DNA from: Utricularia gibba
Lineage: Eukaryota > Plantae > Magnoliophyta
DNA length: 64,000 nucleotides
Reading direction: 5' to 3'
Assembly (NCBI GenBank): GCA_002189035.1
Contig: CM007990.1
Span: 372,001 to 436,000 of the forward strand
In this document: positions 13,301-27,522 of the stretch, in pieces
Position numbering within the stretch: position 1 is the stretch's first letter
Layout: each line of letters opens with the position of its first letter
Program-made: the position numbers and the translations under genes
Notes under the pieces: model-generated
Told to the model about the DNA's origin: nothing
Databases searched by the model: none
The model's input: the letters and a program-made list of their open reading frames with translations, nothing else

Positions 13301-16300
13301 TGCTTCTGCAAAAGCAGTACATGTCATGCATGAAAGTGAAAATGCTGCAAATACAGTAAAAAAAACTGTTGAATGAACTGTGAACTTATGATGGGAGTAA
13401 ATATTCATTATAATCCAATACATGATGCTCAAAATCAGGCATCGGAAGAGTATATGAGAATTAGTAAATTCACTGAATCATAATTATTGAAATAGTATGA
13501 AAACGCACAACAAGATACCTTGCTTCAAAAACTCATATTTTCTTGGATTCAGTGTGTCACATAATTTCGATAGTCGGCAGTGAATTTGGTATTGGTCGGC
13601 AGATGATGGCAAAACAACGTGGCAGCTATGGGTCAACAGCAAAGGTTTTCCTGAAGTGAAGCTCACATTGGCTCTTTGCATCTCAGCCTTAACAAAAAAA
13701 AAAAAAAAAAGATCAAGATACCAGTTTCTAAACTAAAAGAAAAATAATCAACACAGATTGATAAAAAATACAATGGAAGCTAAAAACACAACAAAATGAC
13801 TCGTAGATACCTGAAACAGCAACGCTTCATCCAAGCAGAGAACTTGCAGCTTTTTGGCATATTTAATTAAATAATTCCCAAAAATTTGCTGGCGTTCTGC
13901 CTGAGAAAAAACTATGCTTTTCCAAAAGATAATATGATACTCAAGAAGCACGGAGTATAACTTGAAAAGGGCATCAAAAGAAGCTGAGTCCACAAGCGAG
14001 TCCAGAACTTTTTCTTCCATCCTCCTTAGGGAAATCAAAGCAAGAATGAAAGGCAAGGTTTGCCCATGGTCTCTGTGATCATCCTCTTTGCTCCACTGTT
14101 GAATGCTGCATCTCAGTAAAGGGACGCAGTTAATGCAATTCAGGAAGATTTGATGGTGATCTATCATACCAACAGACTGACATATATTAATCTGTTCGAC
14201 AGAGAGCATAGGCATAGAAGAGAAGTCATTTCCGATCGGATCTAGAGATATGAGATGATTGCGCAAATGAAAGATTCTCCGCCAGATAGAATGTTGCAGT
14301 TCCTTTTTCAGTAAAGATGAAAACCAACTGAAAAATGAATGCAATCTGGTACCAAACCACTCAAGGCAGGAGATATAAAGCAAATAATCATCTTCAGTTG
14401 CCTGTTCAATCACCCAATTTGCAGCAAAAGAAAGTTTCCTCTGAGTTAAATCTAGATCCACCTCACTTTGGGGCCCCATATACTCGAGATACGCAACAAT
14501 CTGTCTCATGGAAGCCTCAGCTGGATGGATAACATAGTCCTTCAATTTCAAGGGAGCTGACCAAACTACTGGTGGATACAACAAGGAATCTTTATTTGCA
14601 GGTGATCCGAATAGATCTAACTTCAACAAAAAAGAAAGCGCTGCATGAGAAACAATTTCTCTTCCTTTCTCCTCGGAAAATGATGAAAAATATGTATATT
14701 CCCAACTTTTTAGTAAGCTCCAGGCGGACTGATTACCATTCATAATGAGCCTATGAAACATTTCAACCCAGCGTGAAAGCTCCAGATTAGTTATGCTGAC
14801 ATTAAGCTGTAACCCTTCATGCTTGGCATACAAATGGGCCTTTGCCATCATCTCAACCAACTTCCTGGTTGGAATACCTGACAATGCAATGAACCTCTTT
14901 GTTTCTCTTAGCTCAATCTCGTAACTACTCTTGAGATTTTTCTCCTCCATCAGCCAGTGGGGATGCATCATATAAATTTCAACACCTCTGTTTCTCATTG
15001 CTCGAGAGACTTCCCCAAAGCTAGGGTTAACAGTAAGAAACATTCGAAATTTTGGATGTGGGCGGAGAACCACATGGTTTCCATCAACAATTCCACATTC
15101 GTTGATTGTGATAGATCCAGATTGCTCCACTAAAGAGTTAATTCTATCAAGAACCTGCATAAAAAAAAAACAAAAAACAAGACCTTACTAACATATAAGG
15201 ACTTGAAAACAAGAAAATTTGCATCGAAGTTGTTCAAATTGAAGTATACAAACCGTTGGATTGCAGAGATTCGCATTTTCTAAGACAATCCATTCGCCAT
15301 TTTCAATAGCCTTGACAAGTGATCCAGTTATCCATTCAAACTTCACTGAGTAATTCTTCTGAAATTCATTTTCCAACTTCTTAATCACACGCAAAGTGCT
15401 ATCCAGATCATTCTCAGACCATGAGAATGACAACTCTTGTTCAAAAACACAGTCCCTTAGACATACGACAATGTCAGCCAACTGCTCAATTGACTGTTTC
15501 ATTCTTTTGTTGTCTGATAATGTCATTGAAGGATTTGCATTAGACAAGAAGGCTAGCCATCGAGAAACAAGGCCCCTTCCCTTAGAAAAGCCATCCAGGG
15601 ATGATCCAATCATGTTGGAGTATTCATTCATGTATCTTTCCACTTGAGCTACAGCAAGGTGATAATGGCGGGAGGCATTATATTGCTCAAAGCAACCCAG
15701 TAGATCAGATATATCAGTTGCAGATGAAAGATTCAATTCATTTAGCACATTTCCAGTAAGACCAGCAAGCAACCTTACGATTGAGGTCTTGCCTGAAGAT
15801 GAAGGGCCAACCAATATACATAACCATTGATGTTTCACACAATGCACAATTGCCTGCAAACTGTGGCGTAAACCAGGCAGAATTGTAAGCTTATCAGAGG
15901 ATGTTGATGTTGTGCACGAATATCTTTCAATGGACACGCTTCCAACACTCAAAGAATGTGGACTAAGTTTAACCCTTGGATGCAAATTTACGAATGGCTT
16001 TGCCCCAAAAATAGTTTCATAGAGTTTCAGCACTTCTTGCCGATCAGCAGCAGTTCGAAGTCTTTGAAGGTAAATTGGATTCAGGAAACAAACAGACCTA
16101 GACAATTTGGGGCAGCTGGAAAAAAGAATAGAAGAGAAAAAAGTAAGGACATTCAGAAAAAACGCTAAGCATACCAAGATAAGTAATTCATGAATAAGAA
16201 GAGCATACTTCTATGGCAAGAACGGATCACATCACGGAGATTAAACTCCCATGGGGAACCATCTTGACCAAAGTTATGATACACCATGGTCTCCTGATGT

Positions 16301-19300
16301 AGCCTTTTATTGAAAATGATCAAGTTTGACAAGAGAGATCTTTCAATTGATGGAAACTGTGAGCTACATATCGAATGGTAATCTTCATCAACAAGCTCAT
16401 CAACATAGACCTGAATTAAAAGGATTCGGAAAAGTAATCAACCATGTGTTCAAAATCAATCTACTACAATCAAGGCATGGGTTTCATTTGGTGACATCAG
16501 AATAAACAAGAAAGCAAGCATACCTTGGTGAACCTGTTTAGAAATGACTTGGGGAGGCACTTGCGGCCACCTCCTTCATACGAAGGGTTTTGACATGCAA
16601 ACACTCTGAATGAAGGTGGACATTTGAATGATTGACCCAGTTCTGGAATGAAAATCTCAGCCCGATGATCCAGTATAGAATTCAAACCCTGTTTAAAAAT
16701 TCAACAATCAAGCTCAGACCAGCATTAACTTCAATCTACAAGGAAGAGATTCAGATTTTAAAACTTGTTGAAAGCGAACCAAGAAACCAAAAATTATATT
16801 CTTTACCATCGTTTAGCAAGATCACATCAAACAAAAGCCAAGCGTAGGGGGTAATCATAGGCTCTAACAGCAAAAAAGTACCTCCAGAACAGATTGTGGT
16901 GCGAGATTAAGCTCATCCAGCAAGACCCATGACCCCTTCTTTAGAGCCTGGATTGCAACAAGAGAAGTTCAAACACTTGCAATTGAAGAGAGAGTTCCTC
17001 GGAGAGCAGGCAATCCAAACCTGTAGTAGGATACCATCAGACCAAGCAAACTGTATGCCTTCATCACTTTCAACAGGTAAGTCTGAACCCAGCAAGTCCA
17101 TGATGTCTGTCTGTGAAAGCAGGTACATTGATATTATCTAACACACAATGTGGAATGCCGGATGCACCATTTTACCATTAGACTAACCTGCTCAGATAAG
17201 TTTATGCGAACAACAGGATGCCCAGAAAATTTTCCAAGTGCGATTATTAAGCTTGTTTTCCCTACCCCTGGGCTTCCTTCCAACAAAACTAGAAAACAAA
17301 CGGATTAAAACGTACATAATGTAATGGCTAGAAATGAAATTTCCAAAGCATGATATGCTGAAAAAAAAAATACCAGGCTTCTTGAGCTGAAGTGCACGCA
17401 GAACCCTAAGAGCATTTCTGCAAGTCGTGGGTGCCAGGAATTCATATCCTTCTAATATGGGACAGTTAATACCTAAAGAGACACAAATATGATATAAATC
17501 AGAGACAAGGCTAAATACCTACGAAATTTGCAATTACATTCTTGAGAAATATATTTCGTTCAACCTAAAACATTCCCTGCTACAAAAAAAAGGTCAGTTG
17601 AAAGTCACGATTGATGCTGATACCTACCCTTCTCAATGTAGAAAGGATGAATGCCAAACAGAGTACTGTGCTCCATACTGTCCTTGGAAGTAATAGGCAC
17701 GTCACCTACATCAGGCCACCCGTAGGACCGCAGCTCCCCTATCCACGAACGCTCGACATTTGGTTTGAATACCTTAAAAAACGAGCCACCGCTTATCATG
17801 AAAATTACAACAAAAAAACAAGTTGAAGGATAATTGATCATAAGAAATGCCCTCAAGGAACTTCTTTTGACAACTGGTCAGCTGCCAAGAAGTGAAAGAG
17901 GCAGTCTGTTTTAAACTGATCTTGACTCCAAATAACTCTGCTACTTACTTTGAGTCTTTCGAGAAGGAACTTGAAGCATTTAAATCTCAACTCCCCAGCC
18001 TCCGCTTTAGAAATGTTTGTACCTGCGAGTAGTCTTTTATAATGCTTATGCTGACTAGAGTGTGCACCTAACTAGAGTTATGGGCATCCACGGACTAGAA
18101 AATACGTGAGCCTGTTGGTGATATAAAACAAGGGCAAATTGTCCCAAACTTCCCAATCCTTAGGAATCCAAATAAGATATTTAAATATTTAAATCATGAA
18201 AAATGCTTCGCATGATCAGGCTGACACACCTAATAGAAGTCCATCCAGAAGGACAAGGAAAGCTCCATGAACAAATGCAGATTCAGCAGGCAAATTTCTC
18301 TCTGTCACATTGATGAAGGATACCCAAGACAAGAGATCTCTCACTGTAAGAACGCTTCCTGTCTGCAAGAGATTGAACCACTGAAAGGCAAAAAATAATG
18401 ACAAAGGTTAAAATAACTGTTTGAACCACGAAAACTTGACTTGGAAAAAGTCGTTCCAGTTTACATATCCACAAAAAAATCATATTCCATATATGGATCC
18501 TGTATGCAATATAAACTCTTCTTAGTTAGAACTCCACCAGATCAAAACAATAAGCTTGCAATAGTTCAAACGCTCAAGGCACAGACTGCAGATGTGTAAC
18601 TTGTTAGATTGAATACCTCCCAAAAATTGAGCATGATGTCCACAAGGTAAGCATGCTCCGAATTTGAGAGTCTGCATTTTCAAAGATAAAGTCATGTATG
18701 CTTTGATTATCTCCATTTGCCATAACAGAGTTGTAATTACTTAACCTGTTGATAGCAATACGTTTGAGATCATCTATATCACTAACAGAAGGAACCCAAA
18801 TTTCAGTAAACCGATTCCGCAGGGCAGGAGAGAGCTCTTTTTTCCCATAGTCTCCACCAGGATTCATAGTGGCCAGTATGAAAAATTTCTCATGAGCATC
18901 AACAGTCTCAAGTTCTGGGCCACCTTTCTCTGTCAAGGACTGTATTGGGCAAAAAAAGATATCAATCATCCACTTGGATAAAATTCCAATTTGAAAACAA
19001 GAAAAATAAAATAGCGAGAATGATTTAGAATAAAAAAATTAAAATTATAAAAAATAGGCATGAACATTGAAAAAACAGTATTCAGAAATGAAAACAATGA
19101 ACAAACCAATTTCCTCTCTGGTTCCAAGACGCTGTTTAACCTCTCCAGAACACTATCATCAGCTAATGAAATCTCATCAACAAGAAACAGTTCTCCTCTC
19201 TTCATGGCTTCAACTAGAGGGCCATCTTGCCAAACAAAAATCGTTCGCCACCTCTTTTCCAGTTGGCCTAGACTTTGGTGAACCTTCTCAACATGGGCAA

Positions 19301-22300
19301 TGTCCTGTTCAGTAACATCAGGATGAAAGATAGATCCTTCCTTATAACTCTTAATAACCATAGAAAGGACATTCAACGTGATTGTAGCCTTGTTAATATT
19401 TGGTGAAATCTTCTGCAAAGCAAATCCATCATGAAAAAGTTATTTATGATGAATAGAATATGATATCCTCCTCAAAAGAAAAGCAGATAATATATAGTAA
19501 GACACAAAGAAGATGACAAAGTAAAAACATCAGCATACAGCATCTCCTGGATAGTGGATTATCGCATTTAAGTGTGCAAGCTTGTTGACAAGATTCTGAA
19601 AGTCGGCACTAATGCTAGATCTCTCACGTACAGGGTAGAAACCCTGCAGAATATTGGTTAAAGACCATCAAAATTTTTATGGAAAGACAGATAAGATGAG
19701 GCATGAAATCAGTGACAAAAGGAGATGAACAGACCCCAAGAAAATCAGCTGTTTCAGTGAACTGATGGCAATTTAAAGTGTGCAATTTGGAACCCAGAAT
19801 GCTACTAAGCAATTGGCAAACGGTAGTTTTTCCTCCACCAGTTTCACCAACCAAGAGGACAGGCTCACGCATCTGATAACACCGCTCAACCAGAAAATAA
19901 GCCCTCCATAGGCTTCGAGTCCAGATGATTCTAAAGAAAAAGAATTGAAGAAAGATTGTAGCTGGAGAGTCATAACTCATCTATTAGCACATCAACATAC
20001 AGATACTTACTTTCCAATACTTCCGAAGTGACCTATAAACTTGTTATCCCCAATGACCATATCTTCCCTTTCACCCTCTACCTGCATGGAATTTCACCAT
20101 CATTAATTATGGTGCTAAGATGTAATAAAAGCGCATGGAAGTGAATCAGGGACAAAAGTTATCAACAGAAAAACAGTGGAAACTTAGAGATATATTACCT
20201 GCTTATAAAGGTCATCATCAGAAAACTTGACTTTCAAATGCATCTCCAAAATATCCTTTACAACTGTTCTCTCACCATCATCACGGAGCCTTTCAGCCAT
20301 TAAATAATAACCATCATATGCTAAATCTTGATCACCAAATTTGACGAACCGTTTAGCCCAGCGAAACAAGTCACGCGGGGTTATGTATCCATGTTTTCCA
20401 GCAAATATTTTACTACTCTGTCTCTGCAAATGCAATGCATTCATGACATCAACAATTTTTTTAGCTCTGGATCCTGGAACCTGACAGCTCTTCTCCAGGA
20501 TGGTAGTTAATTCTTCCTGTGGAATGTCATCAACGTGAATTTCTATGAAACGGTTGCGGAATGCACGAGATAACATTTTACGGCCCCCATACACAACAGG
20601 AGGGTTTTGAGTAGCAAAAAGCATAAATTCAGGATGACTGCGTATAGTTTCCCGGAGTTCAGGAACATAAAGTTCCCTGTTATCATCTAGCAGTCGATTC
20701 AGCGCTTCAAGAACATCCGATGGAGCCAAATTAAGTTCATCAAGGACTACCCAGTGCCCTTTTCGAACAGCTTTAACCAGAGCACCTTCTTGAAAAACAA
20801 GGCTTCCACTGGCATCGGTGATGTAAGAGCCAAGATACTCTTGAAGATCAGTATGCTCATGATTATTAATTCTCACAAACTCATGACCCGTTATTGCTGC
20901 AAGAAACCTTACAAGACTAGTCTTTCCACTGGATGTTGGTCCTTGCAGCAAAACAGGATACCGTGAGACAAAGATTGCCTGTGCAAGGTTCCTAAGATGC
21001 TCCTTAACACTTTTTGTCAAAACATAGCTATTCAATATTTCATCACCCCTTGCGGATGCTTTATTGACCAAGTATTTGTCAAAAGGAATTGACTGTGGAG
21101 GTGCCACTGTACCCAAAAAATGCTTGCAAATCAGGTTATTCATCAACTTAGCACTGCTTTCTTCTAATAAATTCATAAAAAACATACTAAACCCATCATA
21201 AAGGGACCTTTCGAAACCAAAACATCTGGCTTTCTTGGCATATTCTAATGCTCGATAGAGAGAACGCAAACTGTAATGGGGCCTCTGGTTGGCCCCATCC
21301 TGGAGCCGCTCCTCAGATTTCCTTGCCTCTTTATAGAATCTAACAATATTAACTGCTATTTTTTGAGATGAGGCATCATCATCAACGAATTGTTTAACGA
21401 ATAAAATCAAGTCATCATCATTAACTGTATCATCCACAAAATACTCCGTAAACCTGCCCCTCAAAGAATTTCCCAAATCCCTTTTTCCAGCATCATTAGC
21501 AGGGTTCATGCAAGCAAACAATCGAAAATTTGGATGCCGAGAAACACAATCTATATCACCCTTCTCAGCCAAACTTAGAGATCCTTTTTCATCATCAAGG
21601 ACCCCAATAACTCTCTGCAAAATCTCAGGAGAAGCCAAATTCACTTCATCCAGCAATATCCATTCACCATCTCTCAACGCGCTGATAAATGCACCTTCTA
21701 CAAAGGAGAATACCATTCCATCTGAAGCATTTACCTGTGCCTGAGCCTTTTCAACTTTAGTTGAAAAAGATTGCCAAGCCTTCAATAGATCGTTACTCAG
21801 AGGCCTTTTTCTTTTCTCACCAGGACTGAACTTTCCTATTTCAACAACCTTTCGGAAACTTTTCTGGAATCCACTCAACAATCTTTTCCAATTCTTGTCA
21901 GTTAAAAATTTCCGCAACTTAGAAAGAAATAATTCGTTATCCTAATTAAGAAATATTAATTTTAGTAATCATCCATGCAAAATGCGACTGCTGAGATAAG
22001 AGATAGTGCAATATGGAATAGTGTACCTTAAATGAAAATGTACTTGTGAAAAGATTTTCAAATTCTTGATATAGTGGAATACATATGAAATGTCCACCAA
22101 CTGGTTTGAAACCCCCTAATAGATCAGCTACATCACTTTGCTGGCTTAGATTCTACAATAATCAGTGTACTAAATTAAAAAAAAGTTATGAAAAGCAACC
22201 AAATAAATTGAGGGCATGGGAAACTAAGACATACTAAAACGGTAAGCTTTTGACCAAGCCTTGAGGCAAGTGTCTGCACCAACGTAGTTTTCCCTGTGCC

Positions 22301-25300
22301 AGTTTCACCAACTAACAATACAGGTTCATTATTCTTAACAGAGGCAGCAATTCTTTCAAGAGCATGCACTGACGCGCGTAGCTCAACAAATGGCTTCTTT
22401 TCACAGTTTAACTGAAGAAAACAACTACATATTCAGTTTACCACCCTTGGAGGGAGAGGCAGAGAAAAGTTCATCATAGAGGAGTATGAAAAATTTATTC
22501 ACTAACCGCATTTTCTGCACGCTGCAGCCTCACCCTTCCAACTTGAATAATGGAGTTGGATTCCTGCACACGACACCCAAACATTAAAACTATAATACCT
22601 GAAAATGAATAGTAAAAAATGTGCACATATAATAGATACAATGCAAAAGAAGAAAGAATAACTCATGCTACCTGGAGGACAGGCCTGCTCAGAGGGTACA
22701 ATGTTTCACGTGCAGGAACACTCCATATGCTGGAAATTTCTCTCATAATAGCCAAGCGATTCATCTCTGAAGTAGTGAAAGACGCAAAAACTTCCATCGC
22801 CTGTGGATCAAAAACCCAAATTCATTGAAATCCCTACCAGACATATGTTTGTGGATGGAAAATCTAGAAACCATAAATGAATCCGACCTCATTACAAATA
22901 CTTTCACGTGCATAAGATGAGAGACTCTCCTTTCCAAGGTGAAATCCCAAACTCGCAATTCTTTTTGATAACTTAAGAAGGTCTCTGCCATATCAAAGAA
23001 ATAACTCAACTTACACCTTGATGACTAAGAAAGAGGGATGAAAAAATGCGACGAGAAACAGGGGCAAATATAAACACCTTAAAGTGAATCTGCTGTGGAA
23101 CGTTGATGACATGGATAAACCCAACAGAGATCGCATCAGATGGTTCACCTTTTCAAATGTTTCTGCAGATACATCCGACAACATGAGTTACAGATTTCAT
23201 TAAGTCAAACTTATTAATCAAACATAGACATCCACCAAACCTATAAGTTTTCCAGCAATATGCTCCACCTCTGGATACCATGCAAGCACTATGTTGAACA
23301 TGTCTCCACTACTAGGAGCATCGATCATAACTTTCAGCCAGGCAGCACCAAGTGAATGCCTACCTGTTACCAGAGAAAGCAATAAAAGACAAACAGAGTC
23401 ACTGCAAGTGACATAACATAAAACCTCACTCAGAAAACAGATGCAGGAAAAATGAGTATCTTACCCTCTAAAAAAGAAGATGTAACTGGATTTGTGCTTG
23501 TCACAGTTGCAAGCAAACGAAAGCCATCATTAACTTTCAGGGTCTGGAAATTACATAATGGAGTTGGATGAATGCAGGAGTGAAAAATAGAATCAGCAAG
23601 TACGGTGAAAATGGAAGATAAGAAAGAACCTGCCCATGGCCGGTTGAGAATTCATATGCACCTTCCAATAAAGGAAGCAAGATTGAGAAAATGTCTTGTG
23701 GCGCTTTATCGATATCCTCAAAGACAACCCAAAAACCATTCACAACAGCCTGAAAATTTGGACATTAAAAACAGACAGGATAAAGAATGGGTTAATTGAG
23801 CAATAGACAAAACACCTGAGTAAGCAGTCCAGGTTGCCAGAGGAATTCCCCAGGTTGCTCAGTACAAACATATGACCCAACCAAGGTTTTACCATCTGCC
23901 TGCTCATCCATGTGGATGGACAAGACTGCATTGGTCCAAAAAGTACAAATGATGCCCCGAAATATTCTTGGTAAAGAGTGAAACAGAAAATAGGAACAGA
24001 ACCAGTTCAATAAGTATTGAAAGAGCTATATAAAAAGATTCACATGGCATACTTGACCCAAATCCATACGAATATATAGAAGTGTGCTCAAAGTTTAGTA
24101 AATGACAGCTGCCTAGTTCATGAATGAAGCAACAGACACATAATATGAGTCCACCACCCATTAACTTGAGCCACACTTAGGAGTATAAAGCTTTCATCCA
24201 TAAAATTTTGCAGGTTTCAATTCATTATTCATAAGGTATGTCTTAACTCCACACAACACAGCATGCGATTAAGGTAAAGGGCTAATGTGGTGATAGACAG
24301 GCAAACCTTTCGATCCTTTACTGCAGGCCAGCTTCTTGATGATTGAAGTTTTCCCAGATCCGGGAGGGCCATAGAGAAGAACAGGCCACCTCTGGCTCAT
24401 GGCCAGGGAGATCATCTCAAGACTTTTCATCATAGCAGAAGTCACCAGAAGGGGACTACCATCCTCCCTACAAAAATAAAATATTCAACTACAGTAAACC
24501 AGGGGAAGGCCAAACGAGAAATTACATCTTCAATACAACATGAAGAAAAAAAAAATTATTTATCTTTTCCATTCGTTGTGCAAGGCAGTAGACAATCCAA
24601 AGAGATAATGCACATGTATTAGTTACACCTTTTACCAATAGCAGGAATAACAACAATATATAATCTTCTAAGAGAGAAAGTGGTGGTAAGATAAAGATCT
24701 CAAACCCTTTAAGCAGTATGCCATTATGCTCAACCACACAAGACCCCTTGGAAAGTGTAGCAAGCTGGCAACGCAGTAAGAAACCGCCACCATTTATGTT
24801 GGAATTTTTTCTTTCAATATGTTCTTCAAAGAACTGAGCATGCCAATCAGCTTTCTCCAACGAAACATCCATGCAAAAATCCTGCCATCTGGAAACAGCA
24901 TAAATAGAACATAGTACGTGCTCAGGACCATGATTCAAGACAGAAATTGAATTCCATACAGGTATATGTCTACTACGCAAACATCTTTTAAACTCAAGTG
25001 GTATGATGCAGCCTATCCTAGGGCATCCAAGCTACACAGCGTGATAAGGCACACAGTATCGATTAAGATCATTGTTTCCCATCTATAAACGTTTTTCACT
25101 GGCATGAAATGAATGTTCAACTTGTACAGAAACTAGTTCTTTTTTTGGCTAAGACAAGAAAACAACAAGAAAGAAACAGATCAAAAACATTCTTACCTCA
25201 GAAAACTCAGAAAAGCTTCATTGGATTCAAGACAGAGATTACTAGGCATTTCAAAATTGATCCTTAAGACCAACGATAAAATGCCCATACTGCACCATCT

Positions 25301-26354
25301 TAAGTCGGTTATTATTTCCCTTGACACAAAGTTAATTTTTGGATGACGCTCTGTGAGCAGCTGTACAAGATCTAAAAAGCAGGACCAATCCCACAATGTT
25401 CTGAAAACTTCTGTCTCCAATATGAGAAAACGATAGGATGTTCGAACAACATTTAGAAACTGGTTTGGATCCTATATGATAGAAAGAAATCAGTAATTTT
25501 CCAAACAATCATAGAATGAAGACCGCAGAAAAGCCTCAGTCTCCTCTGAGAGGAAATCACAAGGGTAAGCTAAAAAACAAAAACAGAAATATACCTGAAG
25601 TAAAGCCTCCAAAACTGACTCAGATAGCAAAATTCTTTCAAATGGTGTAGGAGCAAAATTGAAATAATCTAAAACAGATCTGCATCAAGCAAAGGAAAAA
25701 ATTATTAGCCACTTTCTTTGCATGGTTTTGTTTTTTAGTTCATGACGATTTTTTTTTTCGAAATTCATAGAAATAACACAAAAATACGCGACAGCCGAAC
25801 CAAAAATGAAAATGATCAAACCCCAGTTGACAGAAAGGCGATACCATCATACCTCAAAAGGAAAGGAAATAAATCAAGCGCTCGGCATAGGGCAAGACAT
25901 GCCAATTCATGAAGATGCGAACCCTTCAGGTTCCAAGCATCGTTCACATAATCATCTTCTCCAAGGAAACCGTCTATGTATAGGACTTCGGTAAAGGTTT
26001 CTCTTTCCGACCTTAAATTAGGCAAAACGAGAAGTAATGCCACAGCACTATCTACAATCTGTTTTGCTATCGGTCTGAAACACCCGAGCAACGGAACTGT
26101 ATACTTCGGGTGCAAAACCAGTCTCGCCAAAACTCCCACTAATTCTTCTTCCCTGAATTTTCCGTCCTGAAACAACCGAACAATTGATGAATTTGATCGT
26201 AACGTCACACCAAATACTCCATCATGAACACTTGCCCGCCATCCCCTACCTTTTTCAAAAAATCATCAACGAATTGTATCAACTTAATCTCGGGGCATCT
26301 GTGCAGCAACCTCTCCAACTCCTGCGCTGGCGAATAGCTACCATCGAGCGCCAT
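1379..26354 (-). CDS. MDN1: Midasin (MDN1/Rea1) AAA-ATPase, pre-60S maturation factor; many exons with short introns
   Basis: Starts MALDGSYSPAQELERLLHRCPE (ATG 26354). Six Walker A motifs in order: GPPGSGKT (~24360), GETGTGKT (~22300), GPTSSGKT (~20930), GETGGGKT (~19835), GSPGVGKT (~17265), GPSSSGKT (~15795). Also LLDELNLA-type Walker B motifs, a D/E-rich tail (ORF 2129-4108) and MIDAS IAVDDSRSM (~2340). Ends ...LADLLRQ|WFELMQHSK* (TGA 1381-1379). One apparent -1 frameshift at 4422-4426. I did not check every exon junction. Confidence 0.97.
7814..7900 (-). other. GC-AG intron in MDN1
   Basis: Exon ...ATT GAA AG|GCATGT...CCGCAG|C CTG CAA GAA TTC. Only the GC donor gives the phase-2 junction (IE-S-LQEFFNTSAIGEFKKQL) needed for the conserved reading frame. 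Length 87 nt. Confidence 0.8.
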
Positions 26355-26700
26355 CAAGAACTTCAACCTGAAACGTCAAACAAAAGACAAAAGACAACAA
26401 AAAACAGAGCCCCCTTTAGTTACACTTTGCCGGAAAATTCTTAGTTCCTTGAAAGCGCGCGCTCTCTACTGTCGTTCTTTCTTCCTAACGTTAAAAACTT
26501 GCAGGAAGACTGTGTGTCCGGGTTTAAGGTGGCGCTTTTCTAGGGCCGGTCTTCTTCTCAAATTACCGCGGGATATTCATACAGAAGACGCATGCCATCT
26601 AATTTGTTTGATACAACACCACCCACTGTCCAGATCCATTGGGCTCACAGGTTTGCCGGATATCTCATTTTCAGGCCCAACGACAGTTTCACATATTTAA
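26355..26700 (-). promoter_or_regulatory. MDN1 proximal promoter with site II-like and E2F-like motifs
   Basis: TGGGCT (~26640), GGCCCA (~26675) and TTTGCCGG twice (~26427, ~26653) lie within 350 bp of the ATG, followed by AT-rich spacer. Motif matches only. Confidence 0.4.
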
Positions 26701-27522
26701 AAATAATAATAATAATCAATTTATTATTGTTATTATTATTATTACAAATAAACATGTAAAAAATTATTGAGGAATCCAATTATTTTGGCATGTCACACTA
26801 GTAATTCAATATCATTCTAAAACATGTTTTTTAATAGATGTTTAAGATCGTTTCTATATAATTTCCACTAATTTGATATGTTTTATTTTAATTAGTGTGT
26901 TTTGAAAAAAAAAAAAGATTTTTAGTATATTTTCAATAAAGAGAAAATTAGTCTCAATAAATTGTGCACAAATTTGAATCTAAGAAGAGTGATATATGAA
27001 GATCTAGCTTAAAAATTTAATCATTATAAAAATATTTGAATAAAATCTCAAGGATAAAGATACGAAAAGATATGAATATATTATCTAAGGCTATAAGATC
27101 ATATGAGTCCAAGATGAAGAAATTGATATCTACCTTATGAAATCTTTCAACCTCAATCATTAAACACGTTCTAAACACCCGATTTATTGAGTTTTTTTTT
27201 CGTTAAATCTTTGTTTAATTTTGATTGCAACTCCTTTAACATTTTCTCATAACGTTTAGTTTTCGTAATTTTGGTAATCGGACATTCGATTAACTGGTAG
27301 TTGAAATAACCTTTAAAACATTCATACTAATGCTTCTAAAATAAAGAATATTGATTTTTTCTCTCCTGTTAAGATCGCATCATCCATTTCTGTAGCCAAC
27401 TTCTGATTTCTCCGTTTAGGAGGTAGGAAATTTTTGTTGAACCACAAAGTAGAAACCATTGTGCGGTTGTGCACTTGAATTAACACCAAGGACTCCAACC
27501 CACGACGTTCAAGAAGAGCTGC